Source: an uncultured Candidatus Saccharibacteria bacterium
Lineage (GTDB): Bacteria > Patescibacteriota > Doudnabacteria > UBA920
Direction of reading: 5' to 3'
Length of the DNA: 64,000 nucleotides
NCBI GenBank assembly: GCA_964384035.1
Contig: CAYLIB010000005.1
Location: forward strand, 41,107 to 105,106
Shown: positions 46,051 to 57,661 of the stretch, in pieces
Layout of the letters: each line of letters opens with the position of its first letter
Numbering within the stretch: position 1 is the first letter of the stretch
The notes under the pieces: model-generated
The model's input: only the letters and a program-made list of their open reading frames with translations
Database searches by the model: none
What the model was told of the DNA's origin: nothing
Program-made: the position numbers and the translations under genes

Positions 46051-47151
46051 TCATTTACCAATTGCCACTTGTTGTTCTAGGTATTTTTCTACAAATTCTT
46101 CCAACTCACCATTTAGTACCGCTTCGGTATCTGAAGTTTCATATTTAGTTCTATGGTCTTTAACTAACTGATATGGATGAAGGACATAGCTTCTAATTTG
46201 ATTTCCCCATTCCGCAGATTTGAATTCTCCTCTTAGTTGTTTTTTTTCCTTAGTTTCTTGTTCATCCATGAGCGCCTGTAGTTTACCTTGGAGGATTTTA
46301 AGAGCCAGTTCTTTATTTTGCGCCTGACTTCTTTCGTTTTGTATTGAGACTTTTAAGCCAGTTGGTTTATGGGTAATGCGAATGGCTGAATATGTTGTAT
46401 TTACGCTTTGGCCGCCATGCCCGGAAGCGGTATTTGCTTCTATTTCTAAATCTTTGGGATCGAGCTTGGCTTCTTCTTTGGCTTCAAGCACAGGGAGTAA
46501 TTCTAATAGGGCGAATGAAGTTTCTCTGGTGTGGGCAGGGTTAAAAGGGCTTAGTCTGACTAATCGGTGCACTCCGGCTTCGCTTTTTAGATAACCATAT
46601 GCGAATGAGCCAGTTACTTGAACTATTGTAGATTTTATTCCCGCTTCGCTACCTTTAGATAATTCTAATATTTCGGTTTTAAAGTTTTTTCTTTCGCAGT
46701 ACCTTAGAAACATCCTAAGAAGCATCTCTGCCCAGTCTTGAGCATCTGTTCCTCCAGCACCTGCGTGTATGGAAAAGATGGCATCATGATCATCGTATTT
46801 TTTGGAGAGAAGCGCGACGCTTCTGTTCTTCTTGAAAGAGTCTTCTAATTCCTTTACGCTCTTTTCAAGGAATTTTTGCGTCTCTTCAGATTCATCTGAA
46901 TTGCTTTCTAAAATTTGCCTAATCTCTTGTGTGTCTAAGCTTAGTTTTTCCCAAAATTTAACAAAGTCGCTCAGATTTTTGTGTGTTTGGTTAGTCTTTT
47001 GAGCAGATTCGTTATCTTTCCAGAAATTTTCGTCACGCATTGCGTCTTCAAGTTCGAGAATTTTCTGTTTTTTTTCTTCGATTCGTAGACTAATTACTAA
47101 CTCACTGATTGAAGTTTCTAGATTGGTTATTCGGTTAATTAGTTCGTTCAT
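46051..47151 (-). CDS. prfB: Peptide chain release factor 2
   Basis: GGQ (ASGHGGQSVNTT) and RF2-specific SPF (RLVRLSPFN). Uninterrupted ORF, so no +1 frameshift site. Confidence 0.85.
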   Translation of the reverse strand: MNELINRITNLETSISELVISLRIEEKKQKILELEDAMRDENFWKDNESAQKTNQTHKNLSDFVKFWEKLSLDTQEIRQILESNSDESEETQKFLEKSVKELEDSFKKNRSVALLSKKYDDHDAIFSIHAGAGGTDAQDWAEMLLRMFLRYCERKNFKTEILELSKGSEAGIKSTIVQVTGSFAYGYLKSEAGVHRLVRLSPFNPAHTRETSFALLELLPVLEAKEEAKLDPKDLEIEANTASGHGGQSVNTTYSAIRITHKPTGLKVSIQNERSQAQNKELALKILQGKLQALMDEQETKEKKQLRGEFKSAEWGNQIRSYVLHPYQLVKDHRTKYETSDTEAVLNGELEEFVEKYLEQQVAIGK

Positions 47152-47651
47152 TATGGTATTTTTTTATATTCACAAAAAGTATATTCTGGAAAATCTTCTT
47201 CTCTAACCTTCTCCCACTCACTCCAATTCACTTTAGGGAAATACACATCTCCAGGGTATTCATTCTTAACGTGGGTTAAATACATGTACTCTCCCCTATT
47301 TATTGCCAATTCAAAAATTTGTGCCCCACCGATAACAAAAATGTCTTCATTTTTAAGCATTGAAAAAGCGTCTTCGATATTTTGAAAAACCAAAACTTCT
47401 TCTGGATATTTCTTTTCAGTATCTCTGGTAATAACTACATTTTTTCTGTTCGGTAAAGGTCTCCCCAGTCTTTTGAAAATAGAATCGAAAGTCTTCCTGC
47501 CCATAAGTACAGTTTTACCTTCGGTGATTTTTTTGAAATGTTTAAGATCCTCTGGTAAGTACCAGGGTAGGTCGTTGTCTCCACCTATAATTCCATTTGC
47601 CGCTACTGCGACTGGTCCGATTATTATCATAAGTTTTATCAAGTTTATCAA
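47151..47651 (-). CDS. folA: Dihydrofolate reductase
   Basis: MIIIGPVAVAANGIIGGDNDLPWYLPEDLKHFKKIT...LMGRKTF. Confidence 0.8.
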   Translation of the reverse strand: MINLIKLMIIIGPVAVAANGIIGGDNDLPWYLPEDLKHFKKITEGKTVLMGRKTFDSIFKRLGRPLPNRKNVVITRDTEKKYPEEVLVFQNIEDAFSMLKNEDIFVIGGAQIFELAINRGEYMYLTHVKNEYPGDVYFPKVNWSEWEKVREEDFPEYTFCEYKKIP

Positions 47652-47715
47652 GATTATTAAGTTTATAAAGTAACTTGTATTTTATATAAACTTGATAAAC
47701 TTTTCACTAGCGATT
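47628..47715. repeat. AAGTT-word palindromic intergenic element (copy 1)
   Basis: TATCAAGTTTATCAAG ... CTTGATAAACTT inverted repeats, between thyA and folA. Confidence 0.5.
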
Positions 47716-48631
47716 ATACCGCTATAGGTGCTCTAATGGCGGGCCAGAATTCGTAGTTCTCTAGTATGAAGTCTGAGAATTCAAATTCGTGAAGGTTCCT
47801 TCTATTTGGGTTTAGTCGCAATGTGGGTAGGTTTTTTGGCTCTCTTGTAAGTTGTACTTTGACTTGATCGAAATGGTTGTTGTATATATGGGTATCGCCA
47901 AGTGTATGAATGAATTCACCAGGTATAAGGCCTGTAACCTGAGCGATCATCATTATAAGCAGACTGTATGAAGCTATGTTAAATGGAACACCTAAAAACA
48001 CATCTGCGCTTCTTTGGTAAAGCTGACAAGATAATTTTCCATTGGCTACATAGAATTGAAATAAGCAGTGGCAAGGTGGTAGACCTGCTTTCGCCATCTC
48101 GTCTATATCTGAAACATTCCAAGCGCTTACTATCATCCTTCTTGAGTCCGGGTTGTTTTTTATCTGGTTAACTATATGGTCAATTTGATCAATAGAATTA
48201 CCATTAGGTGTGGGCCAGCTTCTCCATTGATAACCATAAATTGGGCCTAAATTTCCGTAATCCTTTGCGAATGCTTCGTCTATTTTAATTCGTTCCACGA
48301 ATTCGGACATTTGTTTTTTCCATTCTTCAGAATTTACTTCCGGAATAGGTAAGTTTTGTCTTTGTAAGAAAGCCTTGAACGGCCATTCGTCCCAAATGTG
48401 GACATCGTTAAGGGCTAAGTATCTTAAATTATTATCCCCTTTTAAAAACCAGAGAAGTTCATGGATTATAGACCTAAGTGCCATTTTTTTTGTGGTCATT
48501 AAAGGAAATCCTTCGCTTAGGTCAAAACGCATTTGATAACCAAAAATACTTTTTGTCCCTGTTCCTGTTCTATCTTGTTTTTCTGTACCTTTTTCTAAAA
48601 TGTGATTTAGTAGGTCATGGTATTGCTTCAT
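47714..48631 (-). CDS. thyA: Thymidylate synthase
   Basis: [20 protein letters not shown] active-site Cys region; 305 aa. Confidence 0.9.
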   Translation of the reverse strand: MKQYHDLLNHILEKGTEKQDRTGTGTKSIFGYQMRFDLSEGFPLMTTKKMALRSIIHELLWFLKGDNNLRYLALNDVHIWDEWPFKAFLQRQNLPIPEVNSEEWKKQMSEFVERIKIDEAFAKDYGNLGPIYGYQWRSWPTPNGNSIDQIDHIVNQIKNNPDSRRMIVSAWNVSDIDEMAKAGLPPCHCLFQFYVANGKLSCQLYQRSADVFLGVPFNIASYSLLIMMIAQVTGLIPGEFIHTLGDTHIYNNHFDQVKVQLTREPKNLPTLRLNPNRRNLHEFEFSDFILENYEFWPAIRAPIAV

Positions 48632-48660
48632 ATGTATTTTTGTTTAATTTTCAAATTTAT

Positions 48661-49392
48661 TTAGTAGTTTTTTAAACCTATTCTGCGAACTAATTCCCAA
48701 ACTCTGTTATGCACTTCCTTGGGTGTGAGTAGTTTTTCGTTTTCGTAACATTCAACAAGTTTAGTGTTCGGGAATAATTTAGCAATTTCTAGATAAACAT
48801 TTTCGGCATTTTTAAGATGATTTAAATCTGCTTCGTGGATATCGCGTTTTTTTCCTTCTGCATAAACCCTATCTTTTGCATCTTTTTTGTCTACAAGTGC
48901 CTGAGATATTTCAGCGGGCATGTGAAGGATGATATTCAAATCAGGTTTAGGGATATTGAAAATTCCATACTCAATTTGATCTAGCCATTTAAAATATTTA
49001 ATTCTTTCTTCGTATTCAGAAATTTTTCCACCTTGGTGACCTGCATTTGCTGTTACGTACCTATTTGAAATAACTATCTTACCTTCTTTTAACCATTCTC
49101 TAATTTTAAAACTTGCATCGAACCTGTCTACTGCATAAAAAAGTGAAGCAGCATATGGGTTAACCATGCCGTATTTACCATTTAAATATTCTTCTACCAT
49201 ACCAGCCGATTTTTGTCCGTATTGAGGAAAATCTGTTACTTCTACGGGATAGTCATTCAATTTAAGCTCTTCAACCAATAGGTCAGTTTGTGTTTTCTTT
49301 CCGCTGCCGTCAGTTCCGTCGATAATAATAAATTTGCCTTGCTTTGGTGGTTGTTTTATTGATTCTATTTTAGGTTTGAATCCGAAATTCAT
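48661..49392 (-). CDS. tmk: Thymidylate kinase-like P-loop kinase
   Basis: FIIIDGTDGSGKKTQ (GxDGxGKxT dTMP-kinase P-loop); context with thyA and folA. Confidence 0.5.
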   Translation of the reverse strand: MNFGFKPKIESIKQPPKQGKFIIIDGTDGSGKKTQTDLLVEELKLNDYPVEVTDFPQYGQKSAGMVEEYLNGKYGMVNPYAASLFYAVDRFDASFKIREWLKEGKIVISNRYVTANAGHQGGKISEYEERIKYFKWLDQIEYGIFNIPKPDLNIILHMPAEISQALVDKKDAKDRVYAEGKKRDIHEADLNHLKNAENVYLEIAKLFPNTKLVECYENEKLLTPKEVHNRVWELVRRIGLKNY

Positions 49393-49937
49393 TTCATTAG
49401 ATTGCTAATTATCTCGTCTATCTGTTTGTAGAGGTCTTCTGTAGATCTCGTGTTTTCAATTCGCCATTCTGCTTGTGCGCCCAGAGAAGGAATACCTATC
49501 TCAGTGGGTTCGTGTTCTTGGAGTCTGAACTCGCTCAAATTTTGTGATGCGTCGTCTGCTTTTTCTTTTCTATTTAAAAATCTTTTAAAACGCATTTCTT
49601 CCGGGGCAGTTATGTAAATTATTTTTGCCCCTAAACTTCTTGCATTTTCGAGTTCATCTTGGAATCTAATTCCGTTTATAACGATTATTTCATTTTTACT
49701 TTCTTTTACTTTTTTGGCTAGAGCTTTACCTAGTATTCCATCGCCGAATGTTCTCCTTAGGCTCATTCCAAGATCTATTTCGTTTCGTCTGGAAAGAGGT
49801 AGATCTAAGATTTTTAAAATATCGTCTAAAAAATGACTGTGTCTAATGTGCTCGGCTTTGTATTTTGAAATTAAGTACTCTGCTACCGTATCTTTACCTG
49901 ATAATTTTTCACCAGTTAAACCTAAAATTAAGTTCAT
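49389..49937 (-). CDS. P-loop nucleotide/nucleoside kinase (dNMP-kinase/AAA_17-like)
   Basis: GLTGEKLSGKDT P-loop; 182 aa; coupled to the tmk-like gene. Confidence 0.4.
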   Translation of the reverse strand: MNLILGLTGEKLSGKDTVAEYLISKYKAEHIRHSHFLDDILKILDLPLSRRNEIDLGMSLRRTFGDGILGKALAKKVKESKNEIIVINGIRFQDELENARSLGAKIIYITAPEEMRFKRFLNRKEKADDASQNLSEFRLQEHEPTEIGIPSLGAQAEWRIENTRSTEDLYKQIDEIISNLMK

Positions 49938-50020
49938 AAAGTTTATAAAGTTATCAAGTTCATAAAGTTACACTTAAAGTTACTAGATTAACTTTAAGAA
50001 CTTTATGAACTTTTTACTTA
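49936..50020. repeat. AAGTT-word palindromic intergenic element (copy 2)
   Basis: GTTCATAAAGTT ... AACTTTATGAAC and CTTAAAGTT ... AACTTTAAG nested inverted repeats, between the kinase gene and dut. Confidence 0.5.
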
Positions 50021-50457
50021 GGGGCATAACCGCCGGTGGAACCGTAGCCTCCTCTATCGGTGTCGCGAATTCCCTCCACCTCTTCCCACTCGACTTGGTC
50101 GATTTTTACGAATATCCCTTGGGCCAGACGATCACCTTTCTCTACGCTCACCAGTTCCTTGGTAAAATTGTGCACTAGGAGGCAAATTTCATCATTTGGG
50201 CCTGCAAAATCCCTATCTACTACTCCTATACCATTTACGAGTTTAAGACCCTTTTTTAGCCCTAAACTGCTTCTGGAGGCTATAAGTAAAAAATGACCCT
50301 CGGGGGCTTCTATTATTAACCCGGTTCTGAGTTTTTTTATTTCCCCAGGGCCGATTTCTGCGCTTTCTGCTGTTGCTAAGTCAAAAGCGGCAGATTCAGA
50401 TGTGTGATACTCAGGAAGGCTGATATCTTCAAATAATCGTTTAATTTTTGCTTTCAT
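50014..50457 (-). CDS. dut: dUTP diphosphatase
   Basis: RSSLGLKKG, GVVDRDFAGPND, RGGYGSTGG dUTPase motifs. Confidence 0.85.
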   Translation of the reverse strand: MKAKIKRLFEDISLPEYHTSESAAFDLATAESAEIGPGEIKKLRTGLIIEAPEGHFLLIASRSSLGLKKGLKLVNGIGVVDRDFAGPNDEICLLVHNFTKELVSVEKGDRLAQGIFVKIDQVEWEEVEGIRDTDRGGYGSTGGYAPK

Positions 50458-50531
50458 AAGATAATTATTTTGGGCTAATTTATATTAGTATATATATAAA
50501 AATTTACTAGGCAAAATAAAATCCCCCTAAG

Positions 50532-50687
50532 TTAATTTCTGGGGGCAGCCTGATGCTTTTCTTCCGTGTAAGTTTGAAATGTTGCAGGTGTCAGTGAGTC
50601 TGGGTCTGTGGGAAGTTTAGCAGTGGCGAAGATAAATAGTAGGATGATTGTTACTAAAACAACTATTGTGAGCGTTGATTTCTTCAT
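50532..50687 (-). CDS. 51-aa secreted/membrane-anchored peptide (unannotated small ORF)
   Basis: Manual call: MKKSTLTIVVLVTIILLFIFATAKLPTDPDSLTPATFQTYTEEKHQAAPRN. RBS GGGAGGG 4 nt upstream; perfect consensus promoter 35-70 nt upstream; hairpin plus T-run downstream. Confidence 0.35.
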   Translation of the reverse strand: MKKSTLTIVVLVTIILLFIFATAKLPTDPDSLTPATFQTYTEEKHQAAPRN

Positions 50688-50730
50688 ATTCCCTCCCAAA
50701 AAGAAAAAGTTATTTGAAAATTAATCCTAT

Positions 50731-50759
50731 ATTATACTGTATTTTTTCTTTTTTGTCAA
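50731..50759 (-). promoter_or_regulatory. Perfect-consensus sigma70-type promoter (minus strand)
   Basis: Reverse complement reads TTGACA, 17 nt, TATAAT. Confidence 0.5.
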
Positions 50760-50762
50760 TAT

Positions 50763-50792
50763 AAAAACCCTTCTTTATATAAAAGGGTTTTT
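50763..50792 (-). terminator. Rho-independent terminator after dcd
   Basis: AAAAACCCTT-CTTTATATAA-AAGGGTTTTT (symmetric, can act on either strand). Confidence 0.55.
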
Positions 50793-50804
50793 AACTTTGT
50801 AAGC

Positions 50805-51395
50805 TTATTTGAAATTGATCCAGTCGTTATTTTTAAGAAAATTTTTGTAATACTGACTGGCTTGGGGTTTGGTGGCACCGAAATATTTACTATTTAGACC
50901 GTCTTTCCCGTAGGCATTCTCTGCAACACTAGAGAGTGGGGTAAAAGATAGTTGAGCTATTGGCATTTTAAAATACAGTTTTACTGGGAGTGGTGAAATA
51001 TTATGTAGCTCAAGGGTCATTTTGAGTTTATTGCCTGGATCCAAGTAGCCTGCTGTAGCATGAATTATGATTCCGATTCTTCCTAAAGAAGATTTGCCCT
51101 CGAGTCTACCAACCATATTTTCTGCCACTCCAACCGTTTCGTATGTTAAACCTAGCGCGAATTCGCCAGGGTGGATTATGAACTGACGATTCTCATCTAT
51201 TGTGACTTCTTCCATAAGTTCGTCTAACGGCTCTTTGGGGTCTATGCAAACGTGCTGCGAGGTTTTGAAGATTAAGAATTCAGCGCCGAGGTGAAGGTCT
51301 ATGGATGCTGGTTGTAACGAGTTAGGAAATAACGGGTCGACTGTTATTTTTCCTGAATCGAGAGCTTTTTTGATATCTGTATCTGATAAAATCAT
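50805..51395 (-). CDS. dcd: dCTP deaminase
   Basis: ASIDLHLG, GEFALGLTYE, GRLEGKSSLGRIGIIIHATAGYLDPG. Confidence 0.8.
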   Translation of the reverse strand: MILSDTDIKKALDSGKITVDPLFPNSLQPASIDLHLGAEFLIFKTSQHVCIDPKEPLDELMEEVTIDENRQFIIHPGEFALGLTYETVGVAENMVGRLEGKSSLGRIGIIIHATAGYLDPGNKLKMTLELHNISPLPVKLYFKMPIAQLSFTPLSSVAENAYGKDGLNSKYFGATKPQASQYYKNFLKNNDWINFK

Positions 51396-51482
51396 AGCTA
51401 AAAATTAATTTACTTAAATAATTTTAGCAGTAAAGTTGATTCAAAACAAAAACAACCTTGAAGATAAGGTTGTTTTTGCTAT

Positions 51483-52161
51483 TTAACGGATTTTTATACC
51501 AGGACCCATTGTGGAGTTTATAGTAATACTTTGAATGTATTGACCTTTTGCTCCTGAAGGTTTGACTGATTCAACGGCTGAGATAAAAGCTTTTAGGTTT
51601 TCTAGTAATTTTGAGTTATCGAAACTGGCTTTGCCGATCATCTGGTGTATGTTAGCGGTATCATCGTTTTTAAAACTTACTTTACCACCAGCAATTTCAG
51701 CAATTATTTGAGCTATATTTTCTCCAACGGTTCCGGTCTTAGGGTTAGGCATAAGTCCTCTTGTACCTAAAATCTTAGCTATACCTGCAAGTTTCGGCAT
51801 CATACTTGGTTCTGCTACTGCTACTTCAAAATCGGTTTTTTCGGTTTCCTTTATTTGCTTAATAAGCTCTTCGCCACCAACTAGATAAGCGCCAGCGTCT
51901 TTTGCTAGTTTTTCTTTAGCTTCGGATACAAATGCTGCAACCTTTTTGGTTTTACCTGTTCCTGCTGGAAGGCTAACTGTGCCACGGATTAATTGGTCGG
52001 TTTTTTTAGGATCGATTCCTGTTCTTACATGAACTTCAATAGAAGCATCAAATTTAACGTTAGCTGTTTTTTTTGCTAATTCGATAGCTTCTTCTAAACC
52101 GTAGACTTTCTTTTTATCTACGAGTCCATTATTTCCTTTTACTCTCTTTGCTAATTTCATA
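51483..52161 (-). CDS. rplA: 50S ribosomal protein L1
   Basis: KFDASIEVHVRTGIDPKKTDQLIRGTVSLPAGTGK. Start trimmed to MKLAKRVKGN (RBS AAAGGA); the track start adds 27 non-L1-like residues. Confidence 0.85.
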
Positions 52162-52194
52162 TATTCCTTTCGTGGTGGACGACGAAGTTGTCTG

Positions 52195-52282
52195 GTTATA
52201 AAGTTTCTCAAGTTTTTTAAAGTTATTAAGTAATTTAAATTCATTACTTTAAGAACTTGAAAACTTTTTGAACTTTAAAAAC
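52195..52282. repeat. AAGTT-word palindromic intergenic element (copy 3)
   Basis: AAGTTTTTTAAAGTT ... AACTTTAAAAACT; same word content, between rplA and the SPFH gene. Confidence 0.45.
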
Positions 52283-52317
52283 TAATTTTCTTCTCCCACA
52301 AATTAATTAAATATTTA

Positions 52318-53121
52318 TTAAATTTTTCCCGATTTATCTACTTGATTTTTGAGTCCAGCAAGTCTTTCACTCTGCATAAACTCTCTTATGTCTGAGACAG
52401 TGCTCATGAACTGAGCAGGGAAAATGATAGTAGAATTCTTTTCTATACTTATTTCTGCCATAGTCTGGAGATTTCTGAGTTGTAGTGCTATTGGGTGTTC
52501 TGCCATAATATCTGCTGTTTCAGCAAGTTTTTGTGCTGCACCAAATTCGCCTTCTGCGGCGATAAGCTTTGCTCTTTTTTCTCTTTCTGCTTCTGCTTGT
52601 TTTGCCATAGCGCGTTGCATACCTTCTGGTAGTTCAATATCTTTTATTTCAACTACCGAAACAACTACTCCCCAACCTTCAGTATGCAAATCTAAAACTT
52701 TGGTGATTTCCTTGTTTATAGTCTCTCTTTCCGAGAGGATTTCATCTAACTGGAATTTACCTACAATATTTCTAACAGAAGTTTGGGCAATCTGATTAAC
52801 TGCTGCTATAACGTTTTCTATTTGTACTATAGATTTAACTGCATCAACTATTTTGTAGTAAGCAACAGCGGAGACATCTACGGAAACATTGTCTTTAGTA
52901 ATAATCTTTTGAGGAGCAACTGGTAAGGTCACTGTTCTCATGTCGACTTTTTTTAGTTGGTCGATATAAGGAATGATCATATTAAGACCAGGTTCCTTTA
53001 TTCCAACTATTTTACCAAAGCGAAAGACAACTCCTTTTTGGTACTGCTGAACTATCCTTAATCCTGGCAGAACAAAAAATACTATGAACAACACCGCTAA
53101 CCAAAATAACATTAAGGGCAT
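52318..53121 (-). CDS. SPFH/band-7 (stomatin-like) membrane protein
   Basis: N-terminal TM; RIVQQYQKGVVFRFGKIVGIKEPGLNMIIPYID; coiled-coil AEAEREKRAKLIAAEGE. Confidence 0.75.
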   Translation of the reverse strand: MPLMLFWLAVLFIVFFVLPGLRIVQQYQKGVVFRFGKIVGIKEPGLNMIIPYIDQLKKVDMRTVTLPVAPQKIITKDNVSVDVSAVAYYKIVDAVKSIVQIENVIAAVNQIAQTSVRNIVGKFQLDEILSERETINKEITKVLDLHTEGWGVVVSVVEIKDIELPEGMQRAMAKQAEAEREKRAKLIAAEGEFGAAQKLAETADIMAEHPIALQLRNLQTMAEISIEKNSTIIFPAQFMSTVSDIREFMQSERLAGLKNQVDKSGKI

Positions 53122-53159
53122 ATGTTTTGAATTAAGAAATAAATAGTAATTCTATTTTT

Positions 53160-53585
53160 CTAGTCTATAACTTCAACACCCATGCTTCTGGCTGTACCCA
53201 TAACTATTCTTTCAGCTGAATCTAGTTTGGTAGTATTTAAGTCCGACATTTTTTTCTCAGCAATTTCTTTAACTTGATTCTTGGTAATTTTACCTACTTT
53301 GTTCATTAAAGGGTTTGCTGCTCCCTTTGAAATTCCAATTGCTTTCATTATGAGGTTAGCAACTGGTGGTGTCTTAAGGATGAATGAAAAAGTACGATCT
53401 TCAAAGATTGTCATTTCAACCGGGACTACGGTATCTCCCATTGGGGCGGATCTGTCATTGAATTCTTTTACGAATTGAGCAATGTTAAGACCGTGGGGTC
53501 CAAGTGCAGTACCTACTGGAGGTGCTGGTGTAGCTTTTCCGGCCTGAAGTTGTAGTTTTATAACAACTTTTATCTTCTTTGCCAT
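53160..53585 (-). CDS. rplK: 50S ribosomal protein L11
   Basis: MAKKIKVVIKLQLQAGKATPAPPVGTALGPHGLNI. Confidence 0.9.
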   Translation of the reverse strand: MAKKIKVVIKLQLQAGKATPAPPVGTALGPHGLNIAQFVKEFNDRSAPMGDTVVPVEMTIFEDRTFSFILKTPPVANLIMKAIGISKGAANPLMNKVGKITKNQVKEIAEKKMSDLNTTKLDSAERIVMGTARSMGVEVID

Positions 53586-53661
53586 AAAAATTAGTTTAAT
53601 TATTTAACGAATTACGGATTAGCGGATTAGAAGCCTCCGCTAACGCGTAAACTCGTTAAGT

Positions 53662-54207
53662 TTATACGCGTTTTACTTGCAGGAAATCTAGTTCGACTGG
53701 TGTTTCTCTTCCGAAGATGGTTACCATTACTTTTACTTTACCTTTAGCTTCATCAAGTTCGCCAACTTTGCCTTCGTAATCTTTGAAAGGTCCATCTGTA
53801 ATTCTAACGAGTTCGCCAATTTGGAAATCAACTTTGAATTTAGGCTCTTCAACACCCATTCTTTTTTGCAAGCTTTTCCATTCATCTTCTCCTACTGGAG
53901 TTGGGATGGTACCACTACCTACGAACCCTGTTACGTTAGGTGTATTTCTAACTACATACCAAGAGTCGTCAGTCACTATCATGTCTACTAAAACATATCC
54001 TGGAAATATTTTTTCTTCTACTGTTGTGCGCTTACCGTCTTTTATCTTTATCTTGCGTTCTTTTGGGACTATTGCATCGAAGATTTTGTCTTCCATGTCC
54101 ATAGACTCGATACGTTGCTTTAGGTTGAAAGCTACGCTATCTTCGTATCCGCTGTATGTATGGAGAACATACCAGTGGCGTTCTCCGGTAACTTGTTGTC
54201 TAGCCAT
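53662..54207 (-). CDS. nusG: Transcription termination/antitermination factor NusG
   Basis: NGN domain WYVLHTYSGYE; KOW GELVRITDGPFKDYEGKV. Confidence 0.85.
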   Translation of the reverse strand: MARQQVTGERHWYVLHTYSGYEDSVAFNLKQRIESMDMEDKIFDAIVPKERKIKIKDGKRTTVEEKIFPGYVLVDMIVTDDSWYVVRNTPNVTGFVGSGTIPTPVGEDEWKSLQKRMGVEEPKFKVDFQIGELVRITDGPFKDYEGKVGELDEAKGKVKVMVTIFGRETPVELDFLQVKRV

Positions 54208-54228
54208 AAATTAAATGTGAGTTGTTAG

Positions 54229-54405
54229 CTATTTATTGAGGAGAGCTTCGAAACCTTTAAGTAAACCGTAGTCGGCTGCTCCTAATATGGCAGCTACGCC
54301 AACACTGAATCCTATAACTACAAGGGTATAGCGAATGGTATCCATTCTACTTGGCCAAACGACCTTTGATAGTTCACTTCTGACTTCTCTTAGAAATTTA
54401 ATCAT
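54229..54405 (-). CDS. secE: Preprotein translocase subunit SecE
   Basis: Manual call (58 aa): MIKFLREVRSELSKVVWPSRMDTIRYTLVVIGFSVGVAAILGAADYGLLKGF, single TM, immediately upstream of nusG. Confidence 0.6.
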   Translation of the reverse strand: MIKFLREVRSELSKVVWPSRMDTIRYTLVVIGFSVGVAAILGAADYGLLKGFEALLNK

Positions 54406-54486
54406 AGTTTGTGTTTAGGGTCTTTTAAAAGGCCCTTTTTCCGGGCCTTATAGTAGGCCCATTATACCTTAAATGAGCGTTTTGTG

Positions 54487-55434
54487 TCAAATGTTGGCTG
54501 GGTCTGTCTTTTTAGTGTAGGGGCCACCGTCCCCATTTAACGTTTTAAGCCTTTGTTTTGATTTTTTTACATATGTACGGTAGTCGTTCATATTAGCGAA
54601 TGGATATAATCCACTATGCTTCACTAAATAAATAGCAGGGTTTTTTCTGAACTTGATTATCTGACCTTCTTTAACACCATAAGGTAATACTATTTTTTCT
54701 TCCTGTGGAATAGATATAGATGGGCTTTGGTAATTCTGAGGAGTGGGGTTCGTGCTGGGTAATGATTGAATTATTTTTTTTGGAGTCGTGAAAGTTTTAT
54801 CTGCAGAAACAGTTGGAAGGCCATTTAGGCCTGTTATTTTAATTATGTAATGGTATTCGGTTTCCGGTGTAAGATTTTCTAGTTTTATACTATGTGATAA
54901 CACCGAAGAATAATCATGGAAAGATTTATTTCCATAACTATTTGTGGTGCCAAATTCAATAAAACTGTCTGAGGGTTTGTCGGTATCCCAGGAAACGATT
55001 GCGAAAGTATCTTGAGGAGATGCTAGAATATTCGAAATTATGGGAGCCTTGGGTGGTTCGAGTGTAGGAGCGGTGGTCGTGGTTGTTGTACTCCCTGCTG
55101 ATGTAGAAAAAGTATTTTCTGGAGACACTGTTCTTTCTCCGTTGGAATCTGTAGATTTAACTATATATTTGTATGTTGTGCTTGGTAACAAATTTTCTAA
55201 CGTAACTGTGTGACCGGTTTGTGGAGTGTAATTTATTGGTATAGTTGACTCATACACAGAAGCTACGCCATATTCAATTTCAGTAGTGGATGCTAAGTCT
55301 GTATTCCAAGCTATAACCGCTACGGAAGATGATGTAGTTAGTACTCTAATATTACTAATTGTCGGCGCGGCGATTGCTGTTACTGGGTAAAGAACGATTA
55401 AAGCGATAGATAATGCAAATAGTTTTTTTCGCAT
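54487..55434 (-). CDS. Secreted protein with two fibronectin-III-like domains
   Basis: Signal peptide; two repeats of ISNI..AVI.W.TD..S...IE(Y/F)G...Y; Thr-rich linker. Confidence 0.45.
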   Translation of the reverse strand: MRKKLFALSIALIVLYPVTAIAAPTISNIRVLTTSSSVAVIAWNTDLASTTEIEYGVASVYESTIPINYTPQTGHTVTLENLLPSTTYKYIVKSTDSNGERTVSPENTFSTSAGSTTTTTTAPTLEPPKAPIISNILASPQDTFAIVSWDTDKPSDSFIEFGTTNSYGNKSFHDYSSVLSHSIKLENLTPETEYHYIIKITGLNGLPTVSADKTFTTPKKIIQSLPSTNPTPQNYQSPSISIPQEEKIVLPYGVKEGQIIKFRKNPAIYLVKHSGLYPFANMNDYRTYVKKSKQRLKTLNGDGGPYTKKTDPANI

Positions 55435-55460
55435 TTTTTTTGTTTTTTTAGTACTAGAAA

Positions 55461-57585
<2,125 letters not shown>

Positions 57586-57661
57586 TGCTACTATAATTTA
57601 AAATCTTACTGTAATTATAGCATTTTTTCCTTAAAAATAGAAGACTATTAGCAAGGGATTT

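Noticed and set aside
46051-47151. Expected prfB +1 frameshift site
   Set aside because: The ORF is continuous from its ATG; no frameshift is required.
53783-54214. 143-aa + strand ORF
   Set aside because: Antisense within nusG.
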